DNA of 64,000 nt from Candidatus Bathyarchaeia archaeon (GTDB lineage Archaea; Thermoproteota; Bathyarchaeia; Bathyarchaeales; Bathycorpusculaceae): the NCBI GenBank assembly GCA_037481775.1, contig JBBFKZ010000003.1:32001-96000 (forward strand), written 5' to 3'. A model generated the notes under the pieces. That model saw only the letters and a program-made list of their open reading frames with translations. It was not told the DNA's origin and made no database searches. The position numbers were made by a program, and so were the translations under genes. Shown piece by piece: positions 8,025 to 17,717 of the stretch (its first letter is position 1; every line of letters starts with the position of its first letter).

Positions 8025-9473
8025 TTAGGTGTTTTTCCAGAAAAGGTAACCTTTCGTCTGTAGAAGAAAACCGCATACCTTTATTAAGCGTGCAAGCCTT
8101 TCAAGGCTGGCTTTCACCGCTTCTTCTGCGTATGCTTGCTTTTTCCCGAAGGGCATGTGGCAGAAAAAGTATTTCATAAACCGTGCGTGGCAATATTTAA
8201 CAAACGCCTCTCTTATCAACTGTATCTGTTCAGGGCTTAGGCTTTGCAGCTTGCCATAAACGTATTTCTCGCTGCCTAACAATTGAATGTTGAAGCTGAG
8301 CCGCCGAAGAGTTTCAGCTATGGCTAAGGCTTCTTTTGGAGGAGGCTGCTCGGCTATTTTTCGCATTCCAGCCTTTTCCGCGAAAGGGTTGTATTTCGCC
8401 ATGACTGCTGGCATTTCCACATAGGGCGTTCCAGCAAGGGATAGAGTTTCCTTTACAAGCTTAACGCCTAAACCTATAGCGCGGTATTTTGGATGCACGA
8501 CTACACGGCTTATAGTGCTCACTTTCTCGTTTAGCTCTTTCATACCCATTTTAGGCAGAACAAGCCTTCTTCCGAAACATGTTGGTGGCGGATACGCGTA
8601 AACGATTACTCCGCAAAGCTCGTCGCCACGTTTAAGGCTGAAGATTCTGCGAGGCGCAGCTATTTTGTGGCTGCGGTAATGGAAGCCCGCCAGCCTACGC
8701 CAGTCTTCTGTTGTGCCCTGTTCTACTCGCATTTCTTTGACGAGGCTGCATTCTTTAGCCGACTGATTGGGGTAATAGCGGATATCTATTTCTTTGCCGA
8801 ATTTTTTATAGATATAAACTGAAGGGTTAAGGTCCTCAAATAAGTCAGTATGCGTTGTCGCTGCTAGAACAGCTTTGCCCTGCTGCCTCGCCAGCTTCTG
8901 AAGATTGTAAGCCACGATTTTAGCGGTGTCCCTGTCCAATGTTGCCGCAAACTCGTCCAAAATCCAAAACTGCGCTTGGTTTTCTATCATTTTGGCGATT
9001 TTATATCTGTATTTTTGTCCGTCGCTCAGCTGCTCATAACTCCTTAGGAACAGGAATGCGTCGTTCAGGCCTACTCTGCTGAGAAGCTCAAGTGCTTCCT
9101 CAAGACTTTTGCCAACAGTTTCGATTAAAGGCTTGTTTGGTTCAGGCTTGATGTCTGCTATGTTTATGCATTTTAAGCCTAAATCTTGGCGAATATCCTT
9201 CTCCAAAGCCTTGAGCAGAACGGATTTGCCTGAGCCGCTGTCGCCCGTGATGTAGACAATGTCTGTTGGCCCTATCTTCAGCTCTGCGTTGTCGTAGATT
9301 ACGAATTTTTGCCACTGGTCAAGGCCGAGGCCGAAGGCTTCAGCTACGCCTACAACTCTTTCCGTCGGTTCCAGTGCAGCGGTTTCATAGGCTATGTTTA
9401 TGGTGAATTTGCCGGTTTTGCGGTCGTATTTTCTGCTGACTTGACGTATGCGGAAAAATTCTCGGGTTTTCAA
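8025..9473 (-). CDS. ABC-type ATPase fused to GNAT acetyltransferase (COG2401-like)
   Basis: Walker A GDSGSGKS, signature LSDGQK, Walker B ILDEF, H-loop TTH, GNAT motif ISRVVVHPKYRAIGLG. Confidence 0.85.
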   Translation of the reverse strand: MKTREFFRIRQVSRKYDRKTGKFTINIAYETAALEPTERVVGVAEAFGLGLDQWQKFVIYDNAELKIGPTDIVYITGDSGSGKSVLLKALEKDIRQDLGLKCINIADIKPEPNKPLIETVGKSLEEALELLSRVGLNDAFLFLRSYEQLSDGQKYRYKIAKMIENQAQFWILDEFAATLDRDTAKIVAYNLQKLARQQGKAVLAATTHTDLFEDLNPSVYIYKKFGKEIDIRYYPNQSAKECSLVKEMRVEQGTTEDWRRLAGFHYRSHKIAAPRRIFSLKRGDELCGVIVYAYPPPTCFGRRLVLPKMGMKELNEKVSTISRVVVHPKYRAIGLGVKLVKETLSLAGTPYVEMPAVMAKYNPFAEKAGMRKIAEQPPPKEALAIAETLRRLSFNIQLLGSEKYVYGKLQSLSPEQIQLIREAFVKYCHARFMKYFFCHMPFGKKQAYAEEAVKASLERLARLIKVCGFLLQTKGYLFWKNT

Positions 9474-9498
9474 GATGGTCTACGGGCTCCTCGTTTGG

Positions 9499-10170
9499 TT
9501 ATGCGAATGTGAATGTTAATCGCCATTCAACGGTTAATGGCACGCTTGGGTTCACTTGGAAAGCGGTGAAGTCTCCGTCCGCCGCGCTCAATCGGCTGAA
9601 GAGGGCTGTGGCTGCGCCATTAAAGCCTGTCCAGCCGAAGCTCTGCAAGGCTGTCTGCAAATAGAGGTATAGGCCTATTTCTGAAACTGTTATGGCGGTT
9701 AGGGTTCCAGCGTTCCATGTGGCTGTCCAGGCGACGCGGTATGTTCCGCCTCCCGGTGAGCTGGTGGCGCCTGACTGGCTGTCTGGCGGCGTTGAAACAG
9801 GCGTGGTTAGCCCAGTCGTGGTTCCTTGGGTTATGTTGCCTCCTGTGCCCAGCCGCATGTAGCTGTAGGTTTTGCCTGTCCAATCACGGGAAAACAGGTA
9901 GTACGGTCCTGAGCTGCCTGTCTGCGAGGCTGCAAGCGCGTTTATCATGTGGATTAGGCCTTGGTTGACTATGTGTCCTTTGCTTGCAAACTTTAGTTTT
10001 TTGTTTTTGCCTTCGCCCTCATAGACTAATACTTCGTCGGTGACTTTGACTATGTCGCCGAAAGTGTTGCGGCGCTTCAGCAGATCCTTCAGCTTCTGTT
10101 TGGAAAGGCAGATTTGCCGTTTCAAAGCATTGTATTCCACCAATGTCAAAGGTCTTTTTGGCATGTTCAT
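9499..10170 (-). CDS. Putative virion tail/baseplate protein
   Basis: End of the tail operon; Gly/Thr-rich beta protein with ITVSEIGL and LTVEWRLTF motifs resembling tail-fibre/baseplate N-domains. Confidence 0.5.
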   Translation of the reverse strand: MNMPKRPLTLVEYNALKRQICLSKQKLKDLLKRRNTFGDIVKVTDEVLVYEGEGKNKKLKFASKGHIVNQGLIHMINALAASQTGSSGPYYLFSRDWTGKTYSYMRLGTGGNITQGTTTGLTTPVSTPPDSQSGATSSPGGGTYRVAWTATWNAGTLTAITVSEIGLYLYLQTALQSFGWTGFNGAATALFSRLSAADGDFTAFQVNPSVPLTVEWRLTFTFA

Positions 10171-10194
10171 TTTGGCGTTTTCACCTCCCCTTTT

Positions 10195-10446
10195 TTAGCT
10201 GTTTGTGATTGTCCAGGACTCGGAAAGGCTGGGTGTGTCGTCTCCTGTTTTTCCAGTGCCGAGAAGCACCGTTTCCGACCACGCTGGAACATCTTCGAAC
10301 TTTGACGTGTCGCCTAAAACGATCTGTTCTTGAGGCGTTGGCTTGTCGCCTATGCTTCCGCGCATGTAAGCTATGAAGCCGCCTTCCTGTCCCATGTTCC
10401 AGCTGTTGGCTTTTCCCTCAAATCCTCTCACAACTTCAACGGGCAT
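10195..10446 (-). CDS. Hypothetical viral protein
   Basis: Tightly packed in the operon with a GGTGA SD. Confidence 0.6.
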   Translation of the reverse strand: MPVEVVRGFEGKANSWNMGQEGGFIAYMRGSIGDKPTPQEQIVLGDTSKFEDVPAWSETVLLGTGKTGDDTPSLSESWTITNS

Positions 10447-10456
10447 GGTGTCACCT

Positions 10457-12559
10457 TCACGTGTTCATAATTGCCAGATCCTCTTGCAGGCTTGGAGCGT
10501 CTTCTCCAGCGATGTTTTCGTTCATGCTGTAGGCGTGTGTTTCAAGGTAGAGGCAGGTTTCGCCGATTTGTTTTCCTCCGCCATGGTTTAGGTAAACGGA
10601 TTCAACCATGCTGAATTCAAGCTGGCGCCTTTCGCTTATCAGCCAAGCCATGGGCCAACTGTTACTGTAAACCTGATCTTCACAGCGGCTCAGCTCAACA
10701 GGGTTGAAGAAAATGGCGTCTGCCACAAGCATCTGCTCATTGGCGGGTAGAAAGCCATTAGTAATATCCGTTAAAACAAAGCCGTATGGCTCTTCTTGTG
10801 GCTCTTCTGTTTCGCCTGGGCCAACAGCGGGAATGCTGTACGCAGCTTCATGATAGGCGACGAGGGCGTCTGCCAGCTTGAAGCCCCTGTCCTGGAATAG
10901 AACGGTTGTTCTAACGCTTTTAGCTGAGAAGCTCCATTCGACGCTTTTAACTTCGCCGTTGTAATTGTTTAAGCCGACTTCAGTGTTGGTTATGCTTGCG
11001 ATGCAGTAAAGGTCTATGGGCACGATGTGCGGTGTTGTAAGCGCGATTTCCTTTTTCAGCTCCTTGTATTTTTGGAGCAAGCCTTCGGCTTTGGCTTGGG
11101 TAGCCGCTTGGCTGGACAGGCTGATGTCCCGGAAGGTTTTGTCTCTTCGCCAGTAGAGGCTTTCGCTTGACGCGTCATGCGCCGTGTACTCGTAGGGCAC
11201 GCCTGAAACGGTTTTGCCCACTTGGCGCACGTAGTTTATGACTTCGTCGATTTCGCGGTTGCTTATGCTTAGCTGGTCGCTTTTGCCCTTGAACGGTAAG
11301 CTGCTTACGCTGCGGGCTTGGCTAAGCGGAATGAAATAGACGTCTTTGTTATAGTCTACGCCCCAGACGTAGGCGTTTGCGTCTGCCAGTTCCTTTATTA
11401 TTTTTGCTACGCTTACGGCGTGGTATTCTGCGCTTGTGGTTACGCCGTCTGCCACGTTGTCAGCTGTGAACACGTCTTCAAAATAGGTTTCTATGAGGTC
11501 TTTAACTATGCTGCCGCATTTTTTGTTTATGTAAATCTTGTTGTAGGCTTCTCGGAAATCCAGCCTTTTCGCGTAGCCGCTGCTGCTTTCCACTTTAAGC
11601 CTTGAAGGCGGATAAGTGCGCTCAGGCGCCTCAATATAGCCTCTGAAAAGCAGGTAAAGCACCGCTTCGGTTCCAGCCCTTATCTCAATTTCGGTTTTCA
11701 CGCCCAGCTCAGCGTATTTGTTTCCCTCGTTCCGCAGCGTCAGCGAAGCCTGAGGGTGGCTGCCGTCACGCAGCGTTACCTTGAAGTCGATTACGTCGTC
11801 GGTTATGACGCGTTTAACCGTGCCAGTTACAGCCGTGACAACTGCCTTGGCTTTGCGGGATTGGTTTCCGAAGACATAGAAGCCCCTAACGTAAAACTCG
11901 ATTGAGCCTGACGCTTGTGCCATGGCGCTTAAGCAGCAGCGCAGCGTTCCTGAGAGGCTTTGGTCGCACCAGTCGCTAACCTGCCAGACTGTCATGCCGT
12001 TTGAAGCCTGCCTGATTGTTAAGGCTATGTTGAGTTTGCGGGTGTCCGCCGTGTAAGGCGTTACTTCCATCTCGATTAGGTATTCGGTGCCTAAGCTCCA
12101 TGTAGCGTCTGAAGTATGCGTCTTAGGCGCGTAGTCTTGGCTTAAGGCCAGTTTAAACTTGTAGTCGTCTGCTGTGCCGCTGACTATGGCGACCCACATG
12201 CCGTAAATGCTTGTGCCCAAAAAGTGTCCGTCACGCACGTCAGGCGACATGAGGTAAAGGTAAAAGCCGTAGTCCGTAGGCTTTACGGCTACTCGGGTTT
12301 TGAAGGGCACTTTGAACTCGGCTCGGCTCATGAGGTTGACGCCGCCCCAGCCGTTGCTGTCCACGGCAGCAGCGAACAGGCAGCCCTCTTCAGTGGGCGT
12401 TATCACTGCGGTGGAAAACTGTACGCTTGGGTTTTCCCGAGTGTAGAACATGGACCATTTGCCCCTGTCAGGCGGGTAGTCTCCAGAGCCCGTGAACGCG
12501 TCTTTGAAGAGCAGGTTCTTGTATTTCGCCACTTTACTCGTAGCCTCCCATGTCGTCAA
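10457..12559 (-). CDS. Baseplate hub/tail protein with N-terminal lectin-like domain
   Basis: Central hub-like region (LFRGYIE..GSIVKDLI..IIKELADANAYVWGVDYNKDVYF), position after Dit-like and tape measure genes. Confidence 0.65.
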   Translation of the reverse strand: MTTWEATSKVAKYKNLLFKDAFTGSGDYPPDRGKWSMFYTRENPSVQFSTAVITPTEEGCLFAAAVDSNGWGGVNLMSRAEFKVPFKTRVAVKPTDYGFYLYLMSPDVRDGHFLGTSIYGMWVAIVSGTADDYKFKLALSQDYAPKTHTSDATWSLGTEYLIEMEVTPYTADTRKLNIALTIRQASNGMTVWQVSDWCDQSLSGTLRCCLSAMAQASGSIEFYVRGFYVFGNQSRKAKAVVTAVTGTVKRVITDDVIDFKVTLRDGSHPQASLTLRNEGNKYAELGVKTEIEIRAGTEAVLYLLFRGYIEAPERTYPPSRLKVESSSGYAKRLDFREAYNKIYINKKCGSIVKDLIETYFEDVFTADNVADGVTTSAEYHAVSVAKIIKELADANAYVWGVDYNKDVYFIPLSQARSVSSLPFKGKSDQLSISNREIDEVINYVRQVGKTVSGVPYEYTAHDASSESLYWRRDKTFRDISLSSQAATQAKAEGLLQKYKELKKEIALTTPHIVPIDLYCIASITNTEVGLNNYNGEVKSVEWSFSAKSVRTTVLFQDRGFKLADALVAYHEAAYSIPAVGPGETEEPQEEPYGFVLTDITNGFLPANEQMLVADAIFFNPVELSRCEDQVYSNSWPMAWLISERRQLEFSMVESVYLNHGGGKQIGETCLYLETHAYSMNENIAGEDAPSLQEDLAIMNT

Positions 12560-13343
12560 CTGCGAAAAAGTAGCTCCGCGCCTGATTCTTGGTGATGGCG
12601 AATTTGATTTTGCTCAGCTGGCTCCAGTCAACCGCGTCGTAGTCTGCGAATTGGGTTTTGTGGATGCGGATTCTACGCCACTCATCAGCCGCAGCCAACT
12701 CAGCTATAAAATCATAATAAGCTTCGTTCTCGCCTTCTTGGACGGTTACAACCGCGCTGCTGATGGCTGCGACATCGTTTATCAGGAAGGCGAAGCTTAT
12801 CCAGTCAAAGTCTTCAAGGTTGAATGTGTCCACAGGCTCATAAGCCACGTTTAATTCTTCGTCTGCTTCGGCGTCGTGGCTGACTTTAAGGCAGCCTCTA
12901 CCCTCGAAAGGCAATGGCTGGCTTTCGGCTATAGTTACAGACGCGCCTTCCGTGGCGGTGAACCAGCTTGTTATGGCGTCGCATGCGTTAACCTGTTTGA
13001 ACATGCTTTCTTTTAGCGTGAGGCTGTAGCGGAGAAAGTTGAAGCCTGTTTTGGCGAGTTTTACTTCTCGTATGAAAACTACTGTTTGCGCCACGTCACA
13101 GTCCATTTTTAGGCTTTGTCCAAGCTGGCAGACGCGTTGTAGCTGTCTGAAATCGTTGAATCTTGAAGGCCCTGTCAGAACTCCTGAAAGCTGTATTTCT
13201 GTTGCGTGTTCGCCGAGGTCTTGGGTGCTGCTGCCTCTTGCAGCTGGCAAATCCACGTCTTCAAACCGTTTAGAGTTGGAAAAGTTGAAGTCGGCTACTA
13301 TGCCAAGGTTTAGGTTGCCAAGCGTTACAGTCAAAGCTTTCAC
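12534..13343 (-). CDS. Distal tail (Dit/DNA_circ_N-like) protein with C-terminal carbohydrate-binding-like domain
   Basis: DLPAARGSSTQDLGEHATEIQLSG motif; C-terminal DFDWISF..WRRIRI..F..DWSQLSKIKF resembles CBM11-like domains; follows the tape measure gene. Confidence 0.6.
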   Translation of the reverse strand: MKALTVTLGNLNLGIVADFNFSNSKRFEDVDLPAARGSSTQDLGEHATEIQLSGVLTGPSRFNDFRQLQRVCQLGQSLKMDCDVAQTVVFIREVKLAKTGFNFLRYSLTLKESMFKQVNACDAITSWFTATEGASVTIAESQPLPFEGRGCLKVSHDAEADEELNVAYEPVDTFNLEDFDWISFAFLINDVAAISSAVVTVQEGENEAYYDFIAELAAADEWRRIRIHKTQFADYDAVDWSQLSKIKFAITKNQARSYFFAVDDMGGYE

Positions 13344-15025
13344 CTTGCCACAAAGAACGTTTGCGCCCGCAAGTCGCGTCGGACAATTGCGCTTAGCTCG
13401 TTGTAAACTGCCTCTGCGAACTCGCGTGGGTCCTGCGGCGCTATGCTGCCTTCTGGAAAGTTGAATGTGGGCGCTAAAACAAGTGTTTGGCTGCCTGCAG
13501 GTGTGGATCCAACTGCTGCTGGGTTTGGGCCTAAAGCTGGAGCCTTTAATTCTGCTCCGAAGCTTTTAATGGTGCCATAAGCGGTGTTCATGGCTTCTTC
13601 CACGGCGTCGTTGAAAACTGAGAGGCTTTTCCTGCTGGATTCCACTGCGTTTCCAATTGCATGAGCGAAACACACTTTGCCGATGAAGCTGCTTATGCTG
13701 TTCCAGGCATCGCTCATGGCGCCGCCGACGTTGCTTGCGAAATTGTTTAGGGCGTTTCCAGCAGAGTTTACAGCATTTCCAACTGCGCTTGCTATTCCGC
13801 CTGCAGCGTTCTTGATAGTGTTGACTGCTCCGCTGACGGTGTTGACTATGCTGTTCCAGATTTTTCCAGCTGTGTCAGCTAAACCTGAAAAGAAGCCGCC
13901 TATGGTGTTGCAGAAGTCTTTCACCGTGCCTATAAGCGGAGCCACAACCGTGTTCCAAACGCTTACTATGCCCTTGCAAAGGTCTGTCCAGACGCTTCCG
14001 CCGACCAGCCATCCGAACAGGGCTTTGAAGGCGCCGTAAACCGTGTCGCAGAACCATTTAACCGCGTCTACTATTGGCTTGATGAAGGTATTCCAAGCCC
14101 AGCTTACGCCGCTGCATATAGCGTTCCAAACGTCGCCCAACGCCTTAGTGACGTCGCTCCAGTGTTGAATTAGATAGGCTATTGTTGTTATGGGGCCGAA
14201 AAGCGCCGCCAATATAGGGTTGCTCGTGATAGTGTCCCAGAGGGTTTTCAAGACGCCTATGAAAGGCTGCACAACGTTTTGCCAAAGCCAAGTTAAAGCG
14301 CCTACTACAGCGTCAATTGCTGGCTTAAAAAAGTTGTAAATTGCTTGCCCAATAGCGTTTATCGCGTTGCGGAAGGGCTCGCAAGTCTGGTATGCGGTTA
14401 TTAGGGCTCCAACGACAAGACCAATAGCCATAACCACAGCCATCAACGGGTTTGCCGCCAAAAACGCTGTAGCCGAGTTAACAAGGTTTACGGCGCCATG
14501 AAAGTTTTGGAAAACCTTTACTCCACTGTCAACCATTGTTATAACGGTTGGAATGACGGTTAAGGCGCTTTGCACCATAGCCTCGTTCAGGTTTCCCTGA
14601 ATCATGCTGGCGCGTTCAACCGCCACCTGATACCTTTCTTGGGCGACTGTGAGGTCTGCTGCTGCAGCCCGTGCCTGTTCGCTGTCGACGCCATATTTTT
14701 CTACGGCAGCGTTATACCGGCGTTGAGCATCTTCCAAAGCGTTTAGGCTTGTTTTAACTTGCAGGTTTGCCCTGTCAACGCTGACTTGCATGTCGGCTAC
14801 GCGGTCGTAAGCGTTGTAGAGGGCGAAGGCGCCTGTGGCTAATCCGCTGAAGCCTGTTACGAGGCTTCTGACGCTTGCGTTGGTTTTTTCCTGTTCCGCT
14901 GTTACAGTCTTGTTTGCCTCTTCCACTTGCCTCATGCTTTCGGTTATCTGTTTGCCAGCTTCCGCTACGGTTTTGCTTGCCTCATCTGTGGCTCGCAATA
15001 CAACGTTTACGTTTATTTCGCTCAT
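13340..15025 (-). CDS. Tail tape measure protein
   Basis: INVVLRATDEAS start, Ala-rich coiled coil, repeated W-spaced amphipathic segments. Confidence 0.88.
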   Translation of the reverse strand: MSEINVNVVLRATDEASKTVAEAGKQITESMRQVEEANKTVTAEQEKTNASVRSLVTGFSGLATGAFALYNAYDRVADMQVSVDRANLQVKTSLNALEDAQRRYNAAVEKYGVDSEQARAAAADLTVAQERYQVAVERASMIQGNLNEAMVQSALTVIPTVITMVDSGVKVFQNFHGAVNLVNSATAFLAANPLMAVVMAIGLVVGALITAYQTCEPFRNAINAIGQAIYNFFKPAIDAVVGALTWLWQNVVQPFIGVLKTLWDTITSNPILAALFGPITTIAYLIQHWSDVTKALGDVWNAICSGVSWAWNTFIKPIVDAVKWFCDTVYGAFKALFGWLVGGSVWTDLCKGIVSVWNTVVAPLIGTVKDFCNTIGGFFSGLADTAGKIWNSIVNTVSGAVNTIKNAAGGIASAVGNAVNSAGNALNNFASNVGGAMSDAWNSISSFIGKVCFAHAIGNAVESSRKSLSVFNDAVEEAMNTAYGTIKSFGAELKAPALGPNPAAVGSTPAGSQTLVLAPTFNFPEGSIAPQDPREFAEAVYNELSAIVRRDLRAQTFFVAR

Positions 15026-15551
15026 TCACTTTTGCCTCTTGCCCATTCCAGCCAAGCAGCCAAGAAGCCTATTTGGAAAGGCGTTAAACCTGCGATGTAT
15101 TCAAGCGGGTAGCCGTATTCATGGGCTATCAAGCCAATGAGTTGGGCTTCACTGTTGGCGTCGATCCATTCTATGGCGGAGTCTGCTGTTGGGCTAAAAA
15201 ACGCGGAAACACCTGTGACAGGCGAGTGGCAAGTATGGCTTTTACGTGGAAAGGTAAAGCTTCAAATTCTTCCCAGGAAAGGTCTGGCTCTGCTTTCCGC
15301 AGCATGGCATGGATTACGCGGTAAAACTTCTCCTCATTGTCTTCAACGGTTTCAAGATTTAAGGCTTTAAACTCTTTCCACGTTAAGAGCCCATACCTGA
15401 TCTCGCCAAGCTCCTGGTCGTATATTGTGTGGATTTTGCGTGTGTCTTCAGCCAATGCTTTAGGATCGAAACGCTTCGCTTTCTCTGCCTTTTCCGCTTC
15501 GTAGGCTTCAAGCTGCCGCCTGTACTCGGCGATTTTGCCCTGTTCAGCCAA
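15022..15551 (-). CDS. Tail assembly chaperone, long (GT) form via -1 frameshift
   Basis: Slippery T TTT TTA (15201-15195); the -1 frame is open to TGA at 15022 and encodes IAHEYGYPLEYIAGLTPFQIGFL. Confidence 0.75.
15171..15551 (-). CDS. Tail assembly chaperone (G form)
   Basis: Acidic 126-aa ORF between tail tube and tape measure genes. Confidence 0.75.
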   Translation of the reverse strand: MAEQGKIAEYRRQLEAYEAEKAEKAKRFDPKALAEDTRKIHTIYDQELGEIRYGLLTWKEFKALNLETVEDNEEKFYRVIHAMLRKAEPDLSWEEFEALPFHVKAILATRLSQVFPRFLAQQQTPP

Positions 15552-15574
15552 AGCTAACCAGCCCCCTTTTCTGG

Positions 15575-15979
15575 CTATCCTTGTTCTTCTATGGTTTCGA
15601 GCAGCAGGTCGTCGCCTTCGCCTTCCATGCTCTGCATAACTACGCCTGTAGGCTTCTGGTCAAGCTTCCACTTGGTGAAAATCACGTTTTTCACTGTTAT
15701 CTTCGGGTTTCCAGCAACATCGCCAGCAGGGTCCAGCTCAATGTCCACAGGGCTTCCAGCTTTAACGGTTTCCGCGTAAGCGTTGTCCACGTACATGGCT
15801 TCAATGCTGACCTTGTAGCTTTGGTTTCCAATAGCCAAAAACGCGGGTTTCTCGCTGTTTAACGCGTATTCCTTGATCAAGTCTATGTCAATGTTTATGC
15901 CTACGCCTTTAGCGTAGCCAATTTCCGTTTCGCCTTTCTTAACTACGCCTTTTCTGCCCAACACCGGCGTTGAACTCAA
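15575..15979 (-). CDS. Major tail tube protein
   Basis: Beta-rich 134 aa (EIGYAKGVGINID..SMEGEG), canonical position. Confidence 0.7.
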   Translation of the reverse strand: MSSTPVLGRKGVVKKGETEIGYAKGVGINIDIDLIKEYALNSEKPAFLAIGNQSYKVSIEAMYVDNAYAETVKAGSPVDIELDPAGDVAGNPKITVKNVIFTKWKLDQKPTGVVMQSMEGEGDDLLLETIEEQG

Positions 15980-16056
15980 TTTTCCATCTTCACCCCATCT
16001 CTATTTTCGGTTTACAGCACGCCCTCAGCCGAGAAGCGTGTCTGCCCGAAAAGCTT

Positions 16057-16488
16057 CTAAGCCTTAACCGTCACCTCGCAGCGGAGCACAAGCCTTGCTG
16101 CGGCTATTACCTGCGAGACTTTGCCCCAGTCTGTGCCAACCGTCATGGTTTCACCTTCCATGCTTGCCGCTTGGCTGCCGCGGACTAAGCCGCCGAGCGT
16201 TGGGTCCTCAGCTAAAACTTGTTTGGCTCTTTCAATCTTGTCCATGACGCTTTGCAAGGCTACGTTGTCTTCTTGCGCAGTGTCGACTATGATTATGCTC
16301 CAAGTGTGTTGCCAAACCTCGTTGGCGAAGGTTTCCTGCTGCACTGGTCCGCCGTTCCAAACTGCATAGCAGAAAGGCGTCTGGTTTCGCGTGTAAGGCG
16401 GGCCGAAAAAGAAGTTGGCTTCTGGAATGCCCAATTCATTGTCAGCCTTTAAGAGGTTGAGGATTTTCTGGGTGATTTCCTTCAGCAC
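16057..16488 (-). CDS. Tail terminator-like protein
   Basis: L.EDPTLGGLV motif; directly upstream of the tail tube gene. Confidence 0.65.
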   Translation of the reverse strand: MLKEITQKILNLLKADNELGIPEANFFFGPPYTRNQTPFCYAVWNGGPVQQETFANEVWQHTWSIIIVDTAQEDNVALQSVMDKIERAKQVLAEDPTLGGLVRGSQAASMEGETMTVGTDWGKVSQVIAAARLVLRCEVTVKA

Positions 16489-16491
16489 TTT

Positions 16492-16695
16492 TCAATGCCT
16501 CTTGGATTTTTGTATCATTTCCATGATGGCTATGCGGTTGCGCACAGCCGTGTTAATATCGTCCAAAACGATTTCCTGCATCCACAAGGGCATACGCAAA
16601 ATCCTTGTACCAAGCTGCTCCCACATGCGCATCCATTTTTGGCGCAATGCAGACTCTCTGCCCCAACCTTCTAAAACTGTGACTTCAGCCATCAA
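16492..16695 (-). CDS. Hypothetical viral protein
   Basis: ATGA-type coupling to the upstream gene. Confidence 0.6.
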   Translation of the reverse strand: MMAEVTVLEGWGRESALRQKWMRMWEQLGTRILRMPLWMQEIVLDDINTAVRNRIAIMEMIQKSKRH

Positions 16696-17141
16696 ACTTC
16701 ACCGTAGAAAAGTTGACAGTAAAGATTCAACACCAGCTCCTGAAGCTTTGGCAAACATTCTTCACTTGTGCTTTTAACGAAAAATCTTCCTGGAAAGCCT
16801 GGATGTTGCACTCTTTTGGCGAAGACTGCTTGTCCATCTATCTCGAAGGCTAAAATCGAAGCTTGGACAGGCTCGATGATGTGGGGTCTTGTGCCAAACT
16901 CAACGTAAGGTGCATAGGGGGCTGTGGAACCAACTTCGACAGTGTCTCCGCTTTTGTGGATTATTATGCTATCGCGTAGATAGCCTGTGCGGATTGGAGC
17001 TTTCATGCGCATGGTTTCAGCTATTAGGCTGCTGCTTCTGTCCAAAAACTCGTCAAACACTTTGGGCGCTTCACGTTTCACTCGCTCAACCCATTTTTGG
17101 AAGGGGTCCATGTCAAAGTCAACTTCAACCGAAACGGGCAT
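16692..17141 (-). CDS. HK97 gp10-like tail completion protein
   Basis: APIRTGYLRDSI, YAPYVEFGT and HPG..GRFFV motifs. Confidence 0.88.
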   Translation of the reverse strand: MPVSVEVDFDMDPFQKWVERVKREAPKVFDEFLDRSSSLIAETMRMKAPIRTGYLRDSIIIHKSGDTVEVGSTAPYAPYVEFGTRPHIIEPVQASILAFEIDGQAVFAKRVQHPGFPGRFFVKSTSEECLPKLQELVLNLYCQLFYGEV

Positions 17142-17142
17142 T

Positions 17143-17508
17143 TTAGGGGCCCTCCAGCAGGGTTATGCCGGCGCGTTTTCTGCGGTGGATAAAGTCGCGT
17201 ACTTGCTGTTTCAGGAACTCAAGCTGGGCGATTTTCTCCGCCGGCCCGTGAAAGGTTAGCTGTCCAAGGTTTACGCTCCAGCCTGTTGCACCTGAGCCTG
17301 TAACTTTCAAGTAGCAATATACAGCCGCGAGGTTCGCGACAGCGTTGGCTTCAGAAGGCGAACAGTCTTCAGCGTTGATGGTTTCGCCTGTTTCCTCGCT
17401 TAAGAAAGCGGCAGCCTCATCCCTAAACGCGAGGGCATCTTCATCGCTTATGTCCGCAGTTGTCAAGCCTAAACGTTTACGAATTTGGTCTGCTGTAACC
17501 GCCGCCAT
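17143..17508 (-). CDS. Head-tail connector/adaptor-like protein
   Basis: VTADQIRKRLGL..DISDED helical adaptor pattern; first gene of the tail operon. Confidence 0.6.
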   Translation of the reverse strand: MAAVTADQIRKRLGLTTADISDEDALAFRDEAAAFLSEETGETINAEDCSPSEANAVANLAAVYCYLKVTGSGATGWSVNLGQLTFHGPAEKIAQLEFLKQQVRDFIHRRKRAGITLLEGP

Positions 17509-17540
17509 ATGCTTGTTCAACTAAAATAAGCGTTTAAAGT

Positions 17541-17620
17541 GGTTAAAAAGGAAATCTGAAATAGAATTTTAATTAAAATCCAATTTAATTAAATTATAAG
17601 TTCAGATTTGCTTAAAAACC
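17541..17620. promoter_or_regulatory. Dyad-symmetric divergent promoter/operator region
   Basis: AAATCTGAA (17552-60) / TTCAGATTT (17601-09) enclose two TTTAATTAAA palindromes. Confidence 0.6.
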
Positions 17621-17717
17621 TGTTTTTCCGTCTATTTTAATGTATCGTAAAACATCAGATATGGAGAGTTAAACTCTGCCACGTGAAGTCACCTTAAGCT
17701 TACCGTTTCTGGCCATT

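Noticed and set aside
8025-9473. ABC transporter
   Set aside because: No permease or binding protein; it is fused to a GNAT domain.
9499-13343. Diversity-generating retroelement in tail genes
   Set aside because: No reverse transcriptase or TR/VR pair seen.
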